Position numbers and translations under genes: made by a program. A stretch of DNA of 51,052 nucleotides from the NCBI GenBank assembly GCA_003990765.1, contig RBNJ01000024.1, forward strand, positions 1-51,052. The letters are read 5' to 3'. Origin of the DNA: Jimgerdemannia flammicorona (taxonomy: Eukaryota). This document shows, piece after piece, positions 21,649 through 33,915 of the stretch. Position 1 is the stretch's first letter, and each line of letters starts with the position of its first letter. The notes below the pieces were generated by a model, which had not been told where the DNA came from, searched no databases, and saw only the letters and a program-made list of their open reading frames with translations.

Positions 21649-23501
21649 ATGGACACATTGCAGTTGCGCGGAACTCTCGTAGGTGTGTGGAATCATTTTC
21701 TAAAGAGATTAATAGATGAATAATGGATGGATAATGGATGGATGGATGCAAATATTAACAGTTGGTTCCTGGAGTTGGATGGATATATTTCGTGAATGAG
21801 GATTCGTTAATGTAGGTCAAGGGTAGGAGGGCACTAATCACTAATCTCAGATACCTACTCATTCTTCTCATTGCCTATTGAACAACGTAGGTCATCGTGG
21901 TTGGGTCACGGCTATCGCCACATCCTCCGAAGCCCCTGATATGGTCTTGTCTGCCTCTCGTGGTATGTGACGTCAGGTGCTACCACCGCTTGAGCCCGTT
22001 TGCGAAACTAGCGATCAGCAAGCGAGTAAATTCCTTCGCACACCACTTTGGGCGGGAGATTTTTCCGGGTTTACTAGAACGCATGATTGCAAATCATGGT
22101 TTAAGGTTTCCTTATACCAGTCTGACAAGAACAAATTTTAACATATCCTACTTGTGTCTTTGTTCCAACACCCTTTCATGTCATCTTGGTCACTGTTAGA
22201 CAAGTCCATCATCGTTTGGCAGTTGACTAGGTATCCATCTCACTAAACATATTCTAGGTCCTCTTTTGGCTTATGAAGCGAAGCTGCCATAAGTTCATGT
22301 GATTGTTCTCCTGCTCCCAGTGGGACAGGGAGCTCACGATTGCCCTATTGGTTTTGGTATTAGGGATGAAACGAACTATGGCTTGCCACGCAAAGCCCTT
22401 CTCGGCCACAATCACTTTGTTCAAGACGTGGTAATCTCCTCGGATGGCCAGTTCGCCCTATCTGCCTCTTGGGACAAGACTTTACGCCTCTGGGACCTGC
22501 ACAACGGCACCACGACCCGTCGCTTCGTAGGCCACACCAACGATGTTCTCTCGGTCTCGTTTTCTGCTGATAACCGCCAGATCGTCTCCGCCTCCCGCGA
22601 CAAAACCATCAAGTTGTGGAACACCCTCGGTGAATGCAAGTACAACATTCAGGAGGATGGACATACTGAATGGGTCTCGTGTGTCCGATTTTCACCGAAC
22701 CCGGCCAACCCCGTCATCGTATCCGGAGGATGGGACAAGGTTGTCAAGGTATGAATAGCTCGACCATTCTGACTGAGGCCAATTTCATGAATGATGTCAC
22801 GAAATATATTTGCTACTTCAGAGCAGGATTAGATTCTTGCTATGAGACAAATTTCCACATTTACTGACATGACTGAACATTTAACTCATTGCGTTGGCAT
22901 ACATATTTTGCATACGTTACTGTTACTACATCATTAACAACGGCTTCCAAATCTTGCATTTTTGTACGTAGGTCTGGGAACTTACGAAATGCAAGCTCCG
23001 TACGAACCACATTGGGCACACTGGCTACATTAACACTGTTACCGTTTCGCCTGATGGTTCTCTGTGCGCCTCTGGTGGCAAGGATGGCATCGTGATGTTG
23101 TGGGATCTCAATGAAGGCAAGCACTTGTATTCCCTCGAGGCTGGGGATATCGTCAACGCCCTAGTTTTCTCCCCCAACCGCTACTGGTTGTGCGCCGCTA
23201 CCGCTGCCGGCATTAAGATCTGGGATCTTGAGTCCAAGTCGATTGTCGATGAACTCCGGTAGGCACATGAATTTCTTTCATTTTCTAGTAGAATACCGGA
23301 GAAGATATCGGATATTTGCTCCAATTCAAAAATCATTACTCATTACTCTTACTCCACCATAGCCCCGAGTTCCTTGATAAAGGGAAGCGGTCCGCCGATC
23401 CTCAGTGCGTTTCTCTTGCCTGGTCTGCGGACGGCACGACCTTGTTCTCTGGTTACACGGACAACCTCATTCGCGTGTGGCAGGTTACCCGTTCTCTCTA
23501 G
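21649..23501 (+). CDS. cpc2: RACK1/Asc1/Cpc2 WD40 ribosomal scaffold protein; exons 21649-21682, 21891-21962, 22200-22230, 22364-22748, 22972-23258, 23363-23501
   Basis: Spliced translation [21 protein letters not shown]...[32 protein letters not shown]...[12 protein letters not shown]...SLAWSADG; all introns GT-AG. Confidence 0.97.
22785..22872 (+). ncRNA. snR24: Box C/D snoRNA, U24/snR24 family, in RACK1 intron 4
   Basis: Terminal stem TCATG/CATGA; C box ATGATGT 22791; guide ATATTTGCTACTT plus D' CAGA, matching yeast snR24 as I recall it; C'-like ATGAGA; D box CTGA 22864. ASC1/cpc2 introns are the known host. Confidence 0.85.
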
Positions 23502-24400
23502 TTTTTGGGCGTGAATTCAATAAACAAAAGATGTCTCTTGACATTATATATTGCCTGAACTATATTGGGTGAGATGTCGTGCGGCTGAAGGTGACATGGT
23601 TACTTTAAACACGCCGAATACAAAACGGATTGTTTGATTCAGAAGTGGTTCGCACCGAAGAAAAAACTGGTTCAACAAGCAACCCTTGCATTTATTATAG
23701 CGAGGTCTGTATCGCTGGTATGGTGGATTTGCAGGATCTACTTGATGTACAAATCAAGAAGTAATATGGTTAGGCTCGCGAATATTCAGGTTAGAAATAA
23801 ATTTAGACTTCAAATTATAGTATAAGATATAAAACTGAGAATTTATCTGACCTAAGAGTAAATTTGTATGACTTATAAATGGGGCGTGCTGAACAAAACC
23901 AGACAAAATGAACTTGTGACGTCACTCGGGCATTAGGCTCGAAAATACGTTTTTCAGAGAAAGGATCACATAAGCGGGAACCCGACGCGCAAATGGACCA
24001 TGATAGCCAATAGGGGGTTGTACTGTATAGTATCGCATCCTTTTTCACTGTACTATTGAATGCATCTGCTTCCTGAGTGTCTAGACGGTCTCCAATACGC
24101 AGGTAAGAGAAATACGTCTTTTCTGACTGTAGTCTTTTGCCTGTTGCTAATCGCGCGGTTTATGAATAATGCCTTTTGGAGGAGCACAGACAACACCACC
24201 CTTAAAAAGTTCTTGGACTTCCGACTGTCTGCTGGCAATTTGGAAGTTGAAGAAACAGAGCACAATCGATACGAACTACATCAGAAGATATTACACTGAA
24301 ACATCTAAATTTGGACAAAATTTGCTAAGCTTTCAGGGCAAGTGTATTTCTTTCATTACTAGATCACTGTCGGGGCAGACATTGCAACTTTGGGTACACT

Positions 24401-24591
24401 GACTACCCTGCAGGCTGCGTGCTTACAGTGGAAAAGGCTGCGTGCTTGTTGGTGAAAACTACTCGGCAGAACCTTGAGGGCTACACGCTCTTAATGGAAA
24501 AAGCTGTGTGCTTGTCTGTGGTTGTCTCTGTCTAGCAGACTACCTTGAGGCCTGCGCGCTCTCAATGGGAAAGGCTGCGTGCTTGTCTGTG
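24401..24591 (+). repeat. Three imperfect ~68 bp tandem repeats
   Basis: Unit resembling GACTACCTTGAGGCCTGCGCGCTCTCAATGGGAAAGGCTGCGTGCTTGTCTGTG at 24401, ~24469 and 24538. Confidence 0.75.
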
Positions 24592-25136
24592 ATGCTCCTG
24601 TAAGTTGATTTTGCATATTGGTAGAAAAATTATCACTAGGGTTTTATTACTTCCTCTTTTTTTTTTTTTGAGTTAAAAATGAGAAGAGAACGAAGGTGAT
24701 ACAGGACTTCTGGAATTTGTGCTCCCGGCAATTAAACTTGCAAATGAAGTCGGCAATCCTTACTGAAAAACATAAAGTCCTTGAGCTTAAGTTCAAAATC
24801 CAAACAGTATTATTTATTATTATTATTATTATTATTAATTATTATTATTATTATTATGCTTCATTAACGATTACTTGTCCTCATTGACAAGTTGATTTTC
24901 TATATTTGACCCAAGACATGGCCTGAGACGCCTTGACGATGCTGCGTCTGCCGTTCATAAACGGCAATATTCCCGCTACTTGTCAGAAGGCTTGCCAAAA
25001 TAGGATCCGTCCTCCTGCCGCTTTTCAAACCTCCTGAGGGAGAGATTGAACAAATGATGTCATTTTGGACGAGGACAAGTTGGACGTTGATGTTCTTCAC
25101 GAGGCGCGTGCCAGTAAATTACTACCTGTTCAACCA

Positions 25137-26450
25137 ATGGCAGACGAAGACGGTAGTGGTAGTTGACAAGATTAAACACTACCGCGAAAGACTACCGAAA
25201 GAGCGGTGTCTCTACGAGTAAAGCCATATTTTTTTGATTTTTCGTTTTTTCACAACCTCATTATTGTGACATCGCTAATTATGCTTATAATATTTACTAG
25301 CCCACTTTATTAATATCATTGACCATTCAGGTCAACATGGACCGACCACAGACATGTTGGCTAAACATCTCCCGGCAGTGAGGCTTTTAATGCCGAAGGA
25401 GATGAATTCGCTCCTTCCAGTCCTTTCCGAGGAACAAGAAACCCTTTTCAGCTAGCTTCTTGCGGTAGAATAAATTATATATTATATATATTATATATTT
25501 TCAAAGGATTTATTTGCTAATATTGTCTTCTCCATAGGCCAAGCGTGCGGGCGATGTCTCAGTGAGAACAGATGAGGATTATCGTGTTCGGGATTTTGTC
25601 GTGAGCATGTATGTTGGAATACGGAAATTGTCATTTTCTATACCTACATGGTGATTATCTCCCGCAGTTTCAAAGCTGTGACCATGCCTGGCAAGGATAA
25701 TATCTCGGAGATGTAACACACGATGCGCAATGTCGTACCTTTTCTAGACGCGACAATAGGATGCGATCAGGAATGCCGGGTCCATTAGTGAATAATACTT
25801 TTCCTTTAATAGCATTTTTTTTTTGTCTGAGCATGCCGGGCATTAATCAAATTTTTGTTCATTAGTGGGGAACAAACCCTGGAGCCGACCGCTGTCTGGC
25901 GTAACGCAGGTAGCAACCCTACCAGGTGCGCCCGAGCCAGTTACAAAGTGGACGTCATTATCGAATATCAAGAGCTGGCTGCCAGTCGTCGGATGCGGTG
26001 AGATATCTGGTGGTCTCCCGCGCCAAAGAATGGATGGACACACTTAAACTTGGCCTGGAGTTCCGCGACGTGTGGGCTATTGCGCAGAAGGAGCTGATTG
26101 TCGTTGATGCTGCCAGTTTGGTCATTTGGGATTTCACGGTTGTTGGTAAATAATATTGTCAAATATGATGTGTTTTCAGCTTCTGCCAACTCTAGATGTT
26201 AACGAAGAAAATACATAGGCCGGAAACTCCGTATATATGCTCTGGCTGCTGCTGAGGAACTCTGGTAGAGGAAGTATCTCTCCCGTCGTCCCGCCAACAC
26301 TAAACACGCGTATCTCGCAATGTTGGGCCTCAATAAGGTGGAAGGAACAAAAAGGTTGATGGACGATCTAAACCAGAAAAGGGTATCCGCCTAATGGAGA
26401 GGGAGAACTACGGTACAAGAACTTAGAAGACCCGAGATCATCGTGACGCC
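25137..26450 (+). pseudogene. Spliced, frameshifted gene remnant with a PD-(D/E)XK-like (Crinkler/REase-type) domain
   Basis: Across frames: GEQTLEPTAVWRN...YKVDVII / VGCGEISGGLP / KEWMDTLKLGLEFRDVW / LRIYAL; intron-like AT-rich spacers; stops and frameshifts. Confidence 0.45.
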
Positions 26451-27334
26451 AACTCTAACAGACGAAAAAAGTGCGCTACTTCTAGCCGTCATGTCTCAGC
26501 GCTCTCTCCATACGATGGCTAATACTCCTTGGTTGTCATGTCATGAACCAGCAGTAGCTGATATTAACAATAAGAATACATTGTTCTTCGAAAGAGTAGA
26601 AGTTTTACCAGAACATTTCAATTGGTCTAGAGAGAAATTTAATTGCCTTGACATATAGTACAACTCCTATATAATATATATGTGAAACTTATTTATATTG
26701 TAACGTGCTGGCTCAATAGAGGCAAATTACAAGGTTGGGGTGCTATGTAGTTTGGCTTGAGCCCCCAGTTACTTTGTTAAAAAGCCACAAAATGTTTTAA
26801 GATTCCTGGTATCTTTGTTGGTATTTAGTAGTATAATAGTCAAATCTGGATATCCGCAGATGATTCTGGTGATTTCCTTATTGGGACAGTTCTTGGGTAT
26901 AGCAGCAATTTGTATTACAGTCTCAGTGAGTGGGTTTTCTTATGCAATTTCTATATGACAATCTCTTGTATAGTATTAACAATCTCTGTATAGTGCAATG
27001 ATCTTCAAAAGTATACAATTTCTGATATACATAACAATCTTGGCAATCTAATATAATACAGCAAATTAGCAATATTTCTTAATAAGTGGTAGGTTGGCAG
27101 ATAACTTGAATGATATGAATTTTCTTAAATCAGCAGACTTCTTGAATAATAATAACTCAGATAATACAGATTTTCTCCTTTTTAATAAAGTTACATCAGA
27201 GACTGACTTCATTTATATGGAGTTATATCAAAGAACTAACTCTACTATAAAGTTATATCAAATAGACTGACTTTGTAGTATAATAGACTTCTCAAATTCT
27301 TCTGAATTAAATTGAATCAAAGGTCTAATTTGAT

Positions 27335-28510
27335 ATCTCTTTCTCCACTACCTTACTAGTTATAAGGTTTGGTAGACAACCTTTCAAGTTCCCTTTTCTC
27401 TATTATTATCCCCTCTACCTTAAGTTGGTTTACTGTGCCTGCAAGAGTATAGTGGGAGAGAGACAATGGTAATGAGTTGCCCTTTTATCAATATCAGATT
27501 AGTGTCTTCTCTACTTTTTCATAGTTTCTAATACCTTTGGCTATATGTATCTGGAGTATATCTGTTTTGGTATAGTGCCTTCTTCTTTTTGTCATCACTA
27601 ATAAGGTGTTGTCTTAGTATTTTACAAGCTATATACATAGGGAGTCAGCTGACCTTAGATATCAAGTACTCAGTATAGGTTATCTACAGGTTCTCAGTAT
27701 TTATGGTAGAGCTCTCTGGCTTTGGTGAGCTTCCCAGCAAGCATAGTTCTGATATAAGTAACTGTTTTTTAGATGATATTAGGATGAGAGAAGAGATGGC
27801 CATTATAGATAAGAGAAAGAATAATAATAGTAAACTAGTAGGATATCAGGCTAGAGGTAGTCATCAGAACTGGGATGGGTGCTGCTTTGGTGGGGTCTTT
27901 TGATTGGTACAGAGTAGTTAGGTGATAGATATCACTCTTGGCTACTTCTGGCAATTTATAGAGTTGAGCCCTAATCATTGAGGGTGACTAGAGGGCCTAA
28001 GGCTACTCAGGTTAGATATCTTAGCTACATATACTCAACTAGAACTAAGAGCTGATATAGCAATATGATCAAGGCCTACAGACTTGAGTAGTGGGATATT
28101 GGAGATCTCTTCTCATCTTATATATAAGTTTTCTACTTATCTTGCTTAGGAGAACTAGACTCTACTCACTATTTTGTATCTTGAGAAGGATTTTTTTTTT
28201 GTCTGTCATTTTTATTTGGGGTTGCAAGGAGCTATTCTATTTAGCTTAGACATAGTCTTATATATATATTGGAGTTTCAGATGTATGCTTTCAGTTATTG
28301 GCATATGGTCAATTTTTCCCTGGTAATAGAGAGAGTATAATATGCAGAATGAGATGTAGACCACATTCAGCCCTGCTGCACCTGGTATGGTCAAGCTGCT
28401 GGACAATAGTTAGTCTAGGTTTAATGAGAGAGTAGTAGTGAGGGAGAGTTTTGGTCTATATAGTCTAGGTTTCCTTTCAATAAAAATCTATAGGACTCTG
28501 AGTCTGTAAA

Positions 28511-28549
<39 letters not shown>
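27335..28549 (+). mobile_element. Retroposed insertion ending in poly(A), flanked by a target-site duplication
   Basis: AGGTCTAATTTGAT at 27321-27334 and 28550-28563; AATAAA ~28479; long A tract to 28550. Confidence 0.7.
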
Positions 28550-28550
<1 letters not shown>

Positions 28551-28552
<2 letters not shown>

Positions 28553-28896
28553 TCTAATTTGATTTAATTCAAATCTAATTTGATTTGAGATTCAATTTGA
28601 ATTCTATTTTTTGAAATATAATAACTTGACAAAAATATATCCAAATTTAATAATCTTTAGCCTATTAGATTTCTCTATATAAGAGAAATTTAATAAACTA
28701 AAGATCATTAAATTTAGATATATTTTCATCAAGTTATTATATTTCTAAAAAATAGAGTTTAAATTGGACTCTCAATTTGATTCAAATTTGATTCAATTCA
28801 AACTTAATTCAAATTAAAAAATCTCCAATTCAATTTGATTCAAATGACTCTCAATTTGATTTAATTTAAATTGATTCAATTTATTTAAGAGTACTA
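28551..28896. mobile_element. Foldback/MITE element containing a long imperfect palindrome
   Basis: Arms are symmetric about ~28678 (TTTCTCT...AGAGAAA; TATAATAACTTGA/TCAAGTTATTATA); terminal GAGTACTA at 28889-28896. Confidence 0.75.
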
Positions 28897-29969
28897 ATAG
28901 TAGATTTCTCTTCAAAGCTTTATATTGAAAAGTGAATTAAAGTAGAAAGTAAGCTTATAATCTTCTAGTAATAGCTTTAGAGCAGGTGTTTCTCCTAAGT
29001 GTTGCAATCCTTTTCCTTTAGGATCAAGTGGCTTTTAGTAAGTATATCTCTCAAAGTATAGTAGGTAGACTTGTTTTTTGCTTTTGAACTTTCAGACTGA
29101 GATTTATTCACTCTTATCTTTGAGATATTTTATATAGATTAGTTGCTATCTAGTTATTATATAGCTAAGTATAGATTTATCATTCTTAGTAATATTTAGA
29201 TGTATTCTTCAGATATAGATATATTTGTAGAGTATGGTATATCTATTAGATATACTGTATATATTGAGATATAGATCAATAGACCTGATTTAGTATCTTA
29301 GCTAATTATTAGTAATAGTATATATAGTTAACTAAGTATTAGTAACTATATTATACTAAGTATTTATATCATCTGGTTATACTATATTATTTACTCATTT
29401 GCTTATTACATCAGTCTTTACTAAAGAGTAATCTATCTCTAGACTATTCTTTAGTTATTATTATAATAATTATAAGTATCTTTAATATCTATATCTATAC
29501 TATTAACTTTATCAATATCTGAGTCACTTTATTTAAGAAGTTCTTCTTTTTTCTCAGAGAAAAAAACTTCAACATAGTTGATAATACTCAGATAAGTAGT
29601 TATAGTTATCTTCTAGAAGTTATTTAGAGTAAACTAGGCTTGGGTCAATGCTGTGATATTTTATTTATAAATTATATAGAGCCTGTCTATAGTAATAGTA
29701 TTCCTTTAAGACAGACCAGTAGTATTACAGATGTAGCTCTCTTCTAGAGCTAAAAGGTTTTGCAATAGTTGACTGATTATATAGTAAGCCTATAGTTGGT
29801 AAATCTACAGTTAACATTCTACCAAAATAAGGTTTCTTGATATATCTAGATCTGTTAGAGGTAGGTCTCATTAGTTTTTTAAAATTAGAGTCAGAAAATT
29901 AGTAGGGCTTAGAAGAAACTGATAATAAGGATTTTCAATCCTTGATTCATAGTATATAGAGAGATAAAT

Positions 29970-30190
29970 CTTAAGACAATTGATATATATTAGTATCCTC
30001 AGAGTTAATCTATTCATGCTTCTTAAATAAATACTAGTTCTTCTGATATTGTATACAAGATAAGGTTCTTCTCATTTAGGCTCTAGTTTAGTAATAAAGT
30101 TTGTCTCAATTATACTTCTCTAAACTAGTACTTAATCTCTAATTTTATTAAAATATCTTAGTTATATAGTAACTTGATATATAGTAGCAC
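29970..30190 (-). pseudogene. Gypsy/Ginger-type integrase C-terminal (GPY/F) remnant
   Basis: IRD*VLV*RSIIETNFITKLEPK*EEPYLV resembles GD.VLL...KLEPKWEGPY.V. Confidence 0.55.
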
Positions 30191-30479
30191 AGTCAATCTT
30201 TATCTATATTATCAATTTTAATATATAAAAGTATGACTTACTTAATTAATAAATAATTACTTCTTGCTTTACTTATTCTTTCTAACTCTATAATAAAAGA
30301 TTATGAGTCTTACTAATAAAAGTAGATACATAATAACAAAAATATCTCTTTAATATATACTATACTATATTATATAATATCAACTAATACTAGCAGTAGA
30401 AGTATACTAGTTCCAAATAATATAAGCAGAATAAGATCCAGAATAGATACTAGTAATATAAATATATCTATTATAATAG

Positions 30480-31603
30480 TTATAACTATAATTATTCCTA
30501 TAGCAATATTAACAATAATAGTAAAGAGGATAATTTCTGTCTTTGATAGTAAAGACTATACTATATGAGTATACTATATAAAGAATCTCTTAGAAGAATA
30601 TAGTCTAGAGGACTATTAGAAGCCACAGATACAAATAATAGTATATAATACTGGAAAGGATTATAAAGTACTAAGAGAGATTATATTCACTCTTTCAAAT
30701 ATATAAATAAAACTTATCATTAATACTACAATAGCAAATAAAGTCTGAGAAATCTTATATAATTATTATCAACAGGTATCTATATTAAATAGATTCTATC
30801 TAAAAGCACAACTGTTTAATCACTGAATAAAGTTTAAAGAGAATATCTGGAACTATATCAATTATATCAATAATCTAATAAATTAAGTAAATTCTCTTTC
30901 TATGTCAGCAGATCTCATCAAGAATTAAGACAAGGTTCTGGCTCTTATACATAGCCTTCCTGAGGTATATAATATAGTTATCACTACTATAAGAGAATCT
31001 AGTAAGTTAGATATATCATTATAAGTCTTTTAAATAAGAAATTGAGGCTGGTCAGCAATAACAATAAAGATGATAAGAAAGCATTCTACAGAGTACATAG
31101 ATGAGTCAAAGATAAGTAAGACAAAGGATGAGAGCAAAGCCAGCAGCATAATAGTTAGTATAATAGTCAATGAGCTAAATTTGATATTAAATACTTTTAC
31201 TATAATAAGCATAGATACTATGAGCAAAACTATAACTATAAAAAGAAGAAAAAAGACAAGCAATATAGACAGATAAATATTGTAAATATCAATAATAATA
31301 AAGATAGCAGAGGCAGCAGAGGTCTATTCTTTATAGAAGTAGCAATTTATCTACATAGAGACAAATATAGGAGCAAATTCAGAAACTATTTTTATACTAA
31401 CAAAAAATGCTCTAACTACTAGTCTCACTAGTTTCAGTACTAGTACTAATGTAAGCTATATATCTAGTAGTATAAATATATATAGCAAAGAGATCTGGCT
31501 TATAGATTTTAGTATAATACAGTATATATATAATAGTATACTGTAAGTGATTCTCTATATATGAGATATTTGAGCACCCCATATCCATTAAACTGAGTAA
31601 TAA
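30480..31603 (+). mobile_element. Ty1/Copia gag-protease remnant, heavily decayed
   Basis: Decayed DKVLALIHSLPEVYNIVITTI (gag), a degenerate knuckle, and WLIDFSIIQYI...IKLSNN resembling WxxDSGAT.H...IkLgD; cut by the MITE end at ~31604. Confidence 0.55.
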
Positions 31604-31750
31604 TTAGTACTCTCAAATAAATTAAATCAATTTAAATTAAATTGAATTGGGGATTTTTGTATTTAAATTAAATTTAAATTAAACTGAATTTAAATTAAAT
31701 TGAGGGTCTAATTCAAATTAGTTAAATCAAATTGAATATCAATTTGAGAT
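31604..31750. repeat. Left end of the same foldback/MITE family
   Basis: TTAGTACTCTCAAATAAATT is close to the reverse complement of the 28896 end; AATTG repeats and GGTCTAATT. Confidence 0.6.
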
Positions 31751-32459
31751 TCTCAGTGGCTTATATTATAAGATAATTAGTTCTTTATTTGAAATATACA
31801 TCACTTGAATTTCATATATAAATATATAATCAAAATTCACACTTAACTAAAATTTATATATAACTGATATACATTTTTGAAATTCTCATATATATATATA
31901 TAACTCTGGTCCTAGTCTCAATCTCAGTCTTATCTGGCTATAGCAGTAGCTGTCTGGTAAGTATTATTATATGATCTCTTTTTTAGCAGAAGATTAGAGA
32001 TCTATAGATTGAGTTGTTAACAGATTTTGAGAAGAGTATGATATAGTTTTCTATATTTTCTACAATTATTATAGCTTATATAAGATTGATCTTTTGTTTT
32101 TAGATAGATGGTAGCTTAGACTTGAGTGATAGCTTAGGCTTAGGTAGTGTCTTTAGGGACCTTAGAGGCCTCAGAAGTAGAGGCTTTAGAGACAGTCTAA
32201 GAGATAGCTTTAGGTGTAGTCTTTGAGATAAATTACTTAATTGCTTCTTTAATCTTCTTCTTCTTCTTTTTATATTTATTATTAGTTTTAGATTCTTTAT
32301 CATTCAACTAGATGATAACCTTGTTGATAGCATTGTTTGTATCCTCAAAGGCTCTAGAAAGATGATTAATATAGAATTGAAGTTTTTTATAAGATGAGGT
32401 TATTTTTTGGTTTTTGGTTTTTGGTTTGTTTTTTATTATTAAAGCTAGCTTATTTATAT

Positions 32460-32720
32460 ATATTTTACCTATACTTGTTGTAATATCTGAAGCTCTTAGC
32501 TTATATTTATTACTTACAGATTGTAGGCTTATATTTATTATAATATTCAAAGCTCTTGACTTATACTTATTACTTATAGGATTATAGACTTATATTTATT
32601 ATAATATTTGAAGCTCTTGACTTATGTAGGATTGCAGGCATATAGGCTTTTATTACTTGTGAGATTGTGAACTTATACTTATTGCAATATTTGAAGCTCT
32701 TAACTTATACTTATTGTTCA
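32460..32720. repeat. ~60 bp degenerate tandem repeat, about four copies
   Basis: AGCTCTT anchors at 32491, 32551, 32612 and 32695 within a TTATATTTATTATAATATTTGAAGCTCTTGAC-like unit. Confidence 0.7.
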
Positions 32721-33915
32721 TATTCTATGTGCCAACCAAGGACTCACTCCTGAATTACACTTTCATAATAATCAAGATATATATAGATTTAGAATAATCA
32801 TTATAGATTATACAGATAATATACCACTATTATCTCCTTTAGTTGTCAAAGCATCTCTCTTCATTCAAAATAAAATCTTTTAAGATGTACAGAATGTAAT
32901 AAGTACTCTCTATATAAACAATCTCATTTTTGGTGATCTTTGATTGCCAAATGTGTTAATGGTAAACAACTGCAAGATGCTCATCAACTTTGAGTGGTAT
33001 GGTGAAGATAATAATACTAGATACCCCTTTTTGATTAGCCAAACTGTACTTTGGCCCAATGGAGTAGAGCCTGGTGCTGTTATGCATAGAGTATATGACA
33101 ACTATTGGCTCAACCACATATGCAGACATTTGATAGGATAGCAGGTTTATAGGTAAAATGAATTGATGGTTAACATAAACTATTCATGCATTCTTGGAAT
33201 TTATCAAGAATATGGAGCAATGGATAAATATAGGTGAAAGTTGTAGAGAAGTTGACTATATTGATGGTATCTTTATAAACATATTGCTTGCTTTGAAATT
33301 CAATTATAATAAAAACACAGAATGCTTTAATAGCTATTTCCTTTAATTTTTTCTCCTGTGTAGTTAGGTTACTTTCTTTACTCTAGCTTCAGTCATAGTT
33401 CATTTTGTGAAATAAAGATTGGTTGATACTACAATACTCTCTCAAGGAAGAGACAATTCTTTCAAATTCTTGAACTCATCTAAAGAAACTCATGAACTAT
33501 ACAGGATTATCTCTGTATAAAATATCAACATGAAACTAATTTACATCAAATCCACAATGGAACCAAAAAACTATAGTACTATCAGAAGCATCTTGAAAAA
33601 AGTGCAAGGTAAGAAAATTGCTCTATATATTTTCAAAGTATCTGACACCAAAACCATTTAAAAATATTTGAATAAAGAGAGGATTATCTATGAAATTTAC
33701 CAACAATCATATGTCAGTTCTAATAGAAGCATAAATCCATCTTACCAAAAAGATATTTTAGGATGAAGTTAGCAAGAATTAAATTCTAAGAAGTAAGAAT
33801 TACTAAAGATTTCTGAAGAATTAAGGAAAAAATAAAAATATAAAACCTATGTATTTTTTAATATACTATAGAAAATTTAACAAAATCAGACAAACTGTGT
33901 GTAATATATATATAT

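Noticed and set aside
24401-24591. Repeat-spacer-like pattern resembling a CRISPR array
   Set aside because: Only three degenerate units, very short linkers, no cas genes, eukaryotic context.
24808-24856. (ATT)n run giving a poly-Ile/Tyr ORF (24696..24887), and (AAT)n at ~18290-18316
   Set aside because: Simple microsatellites; the ORF is incidental.
32800-33400. Possible Ulp1-like protease remnant on the minus strand (HQFILPINL)
   Set aside because: The catalytic His/Asp/Cys motifs could not be recovered in any frame; too decayed to call.
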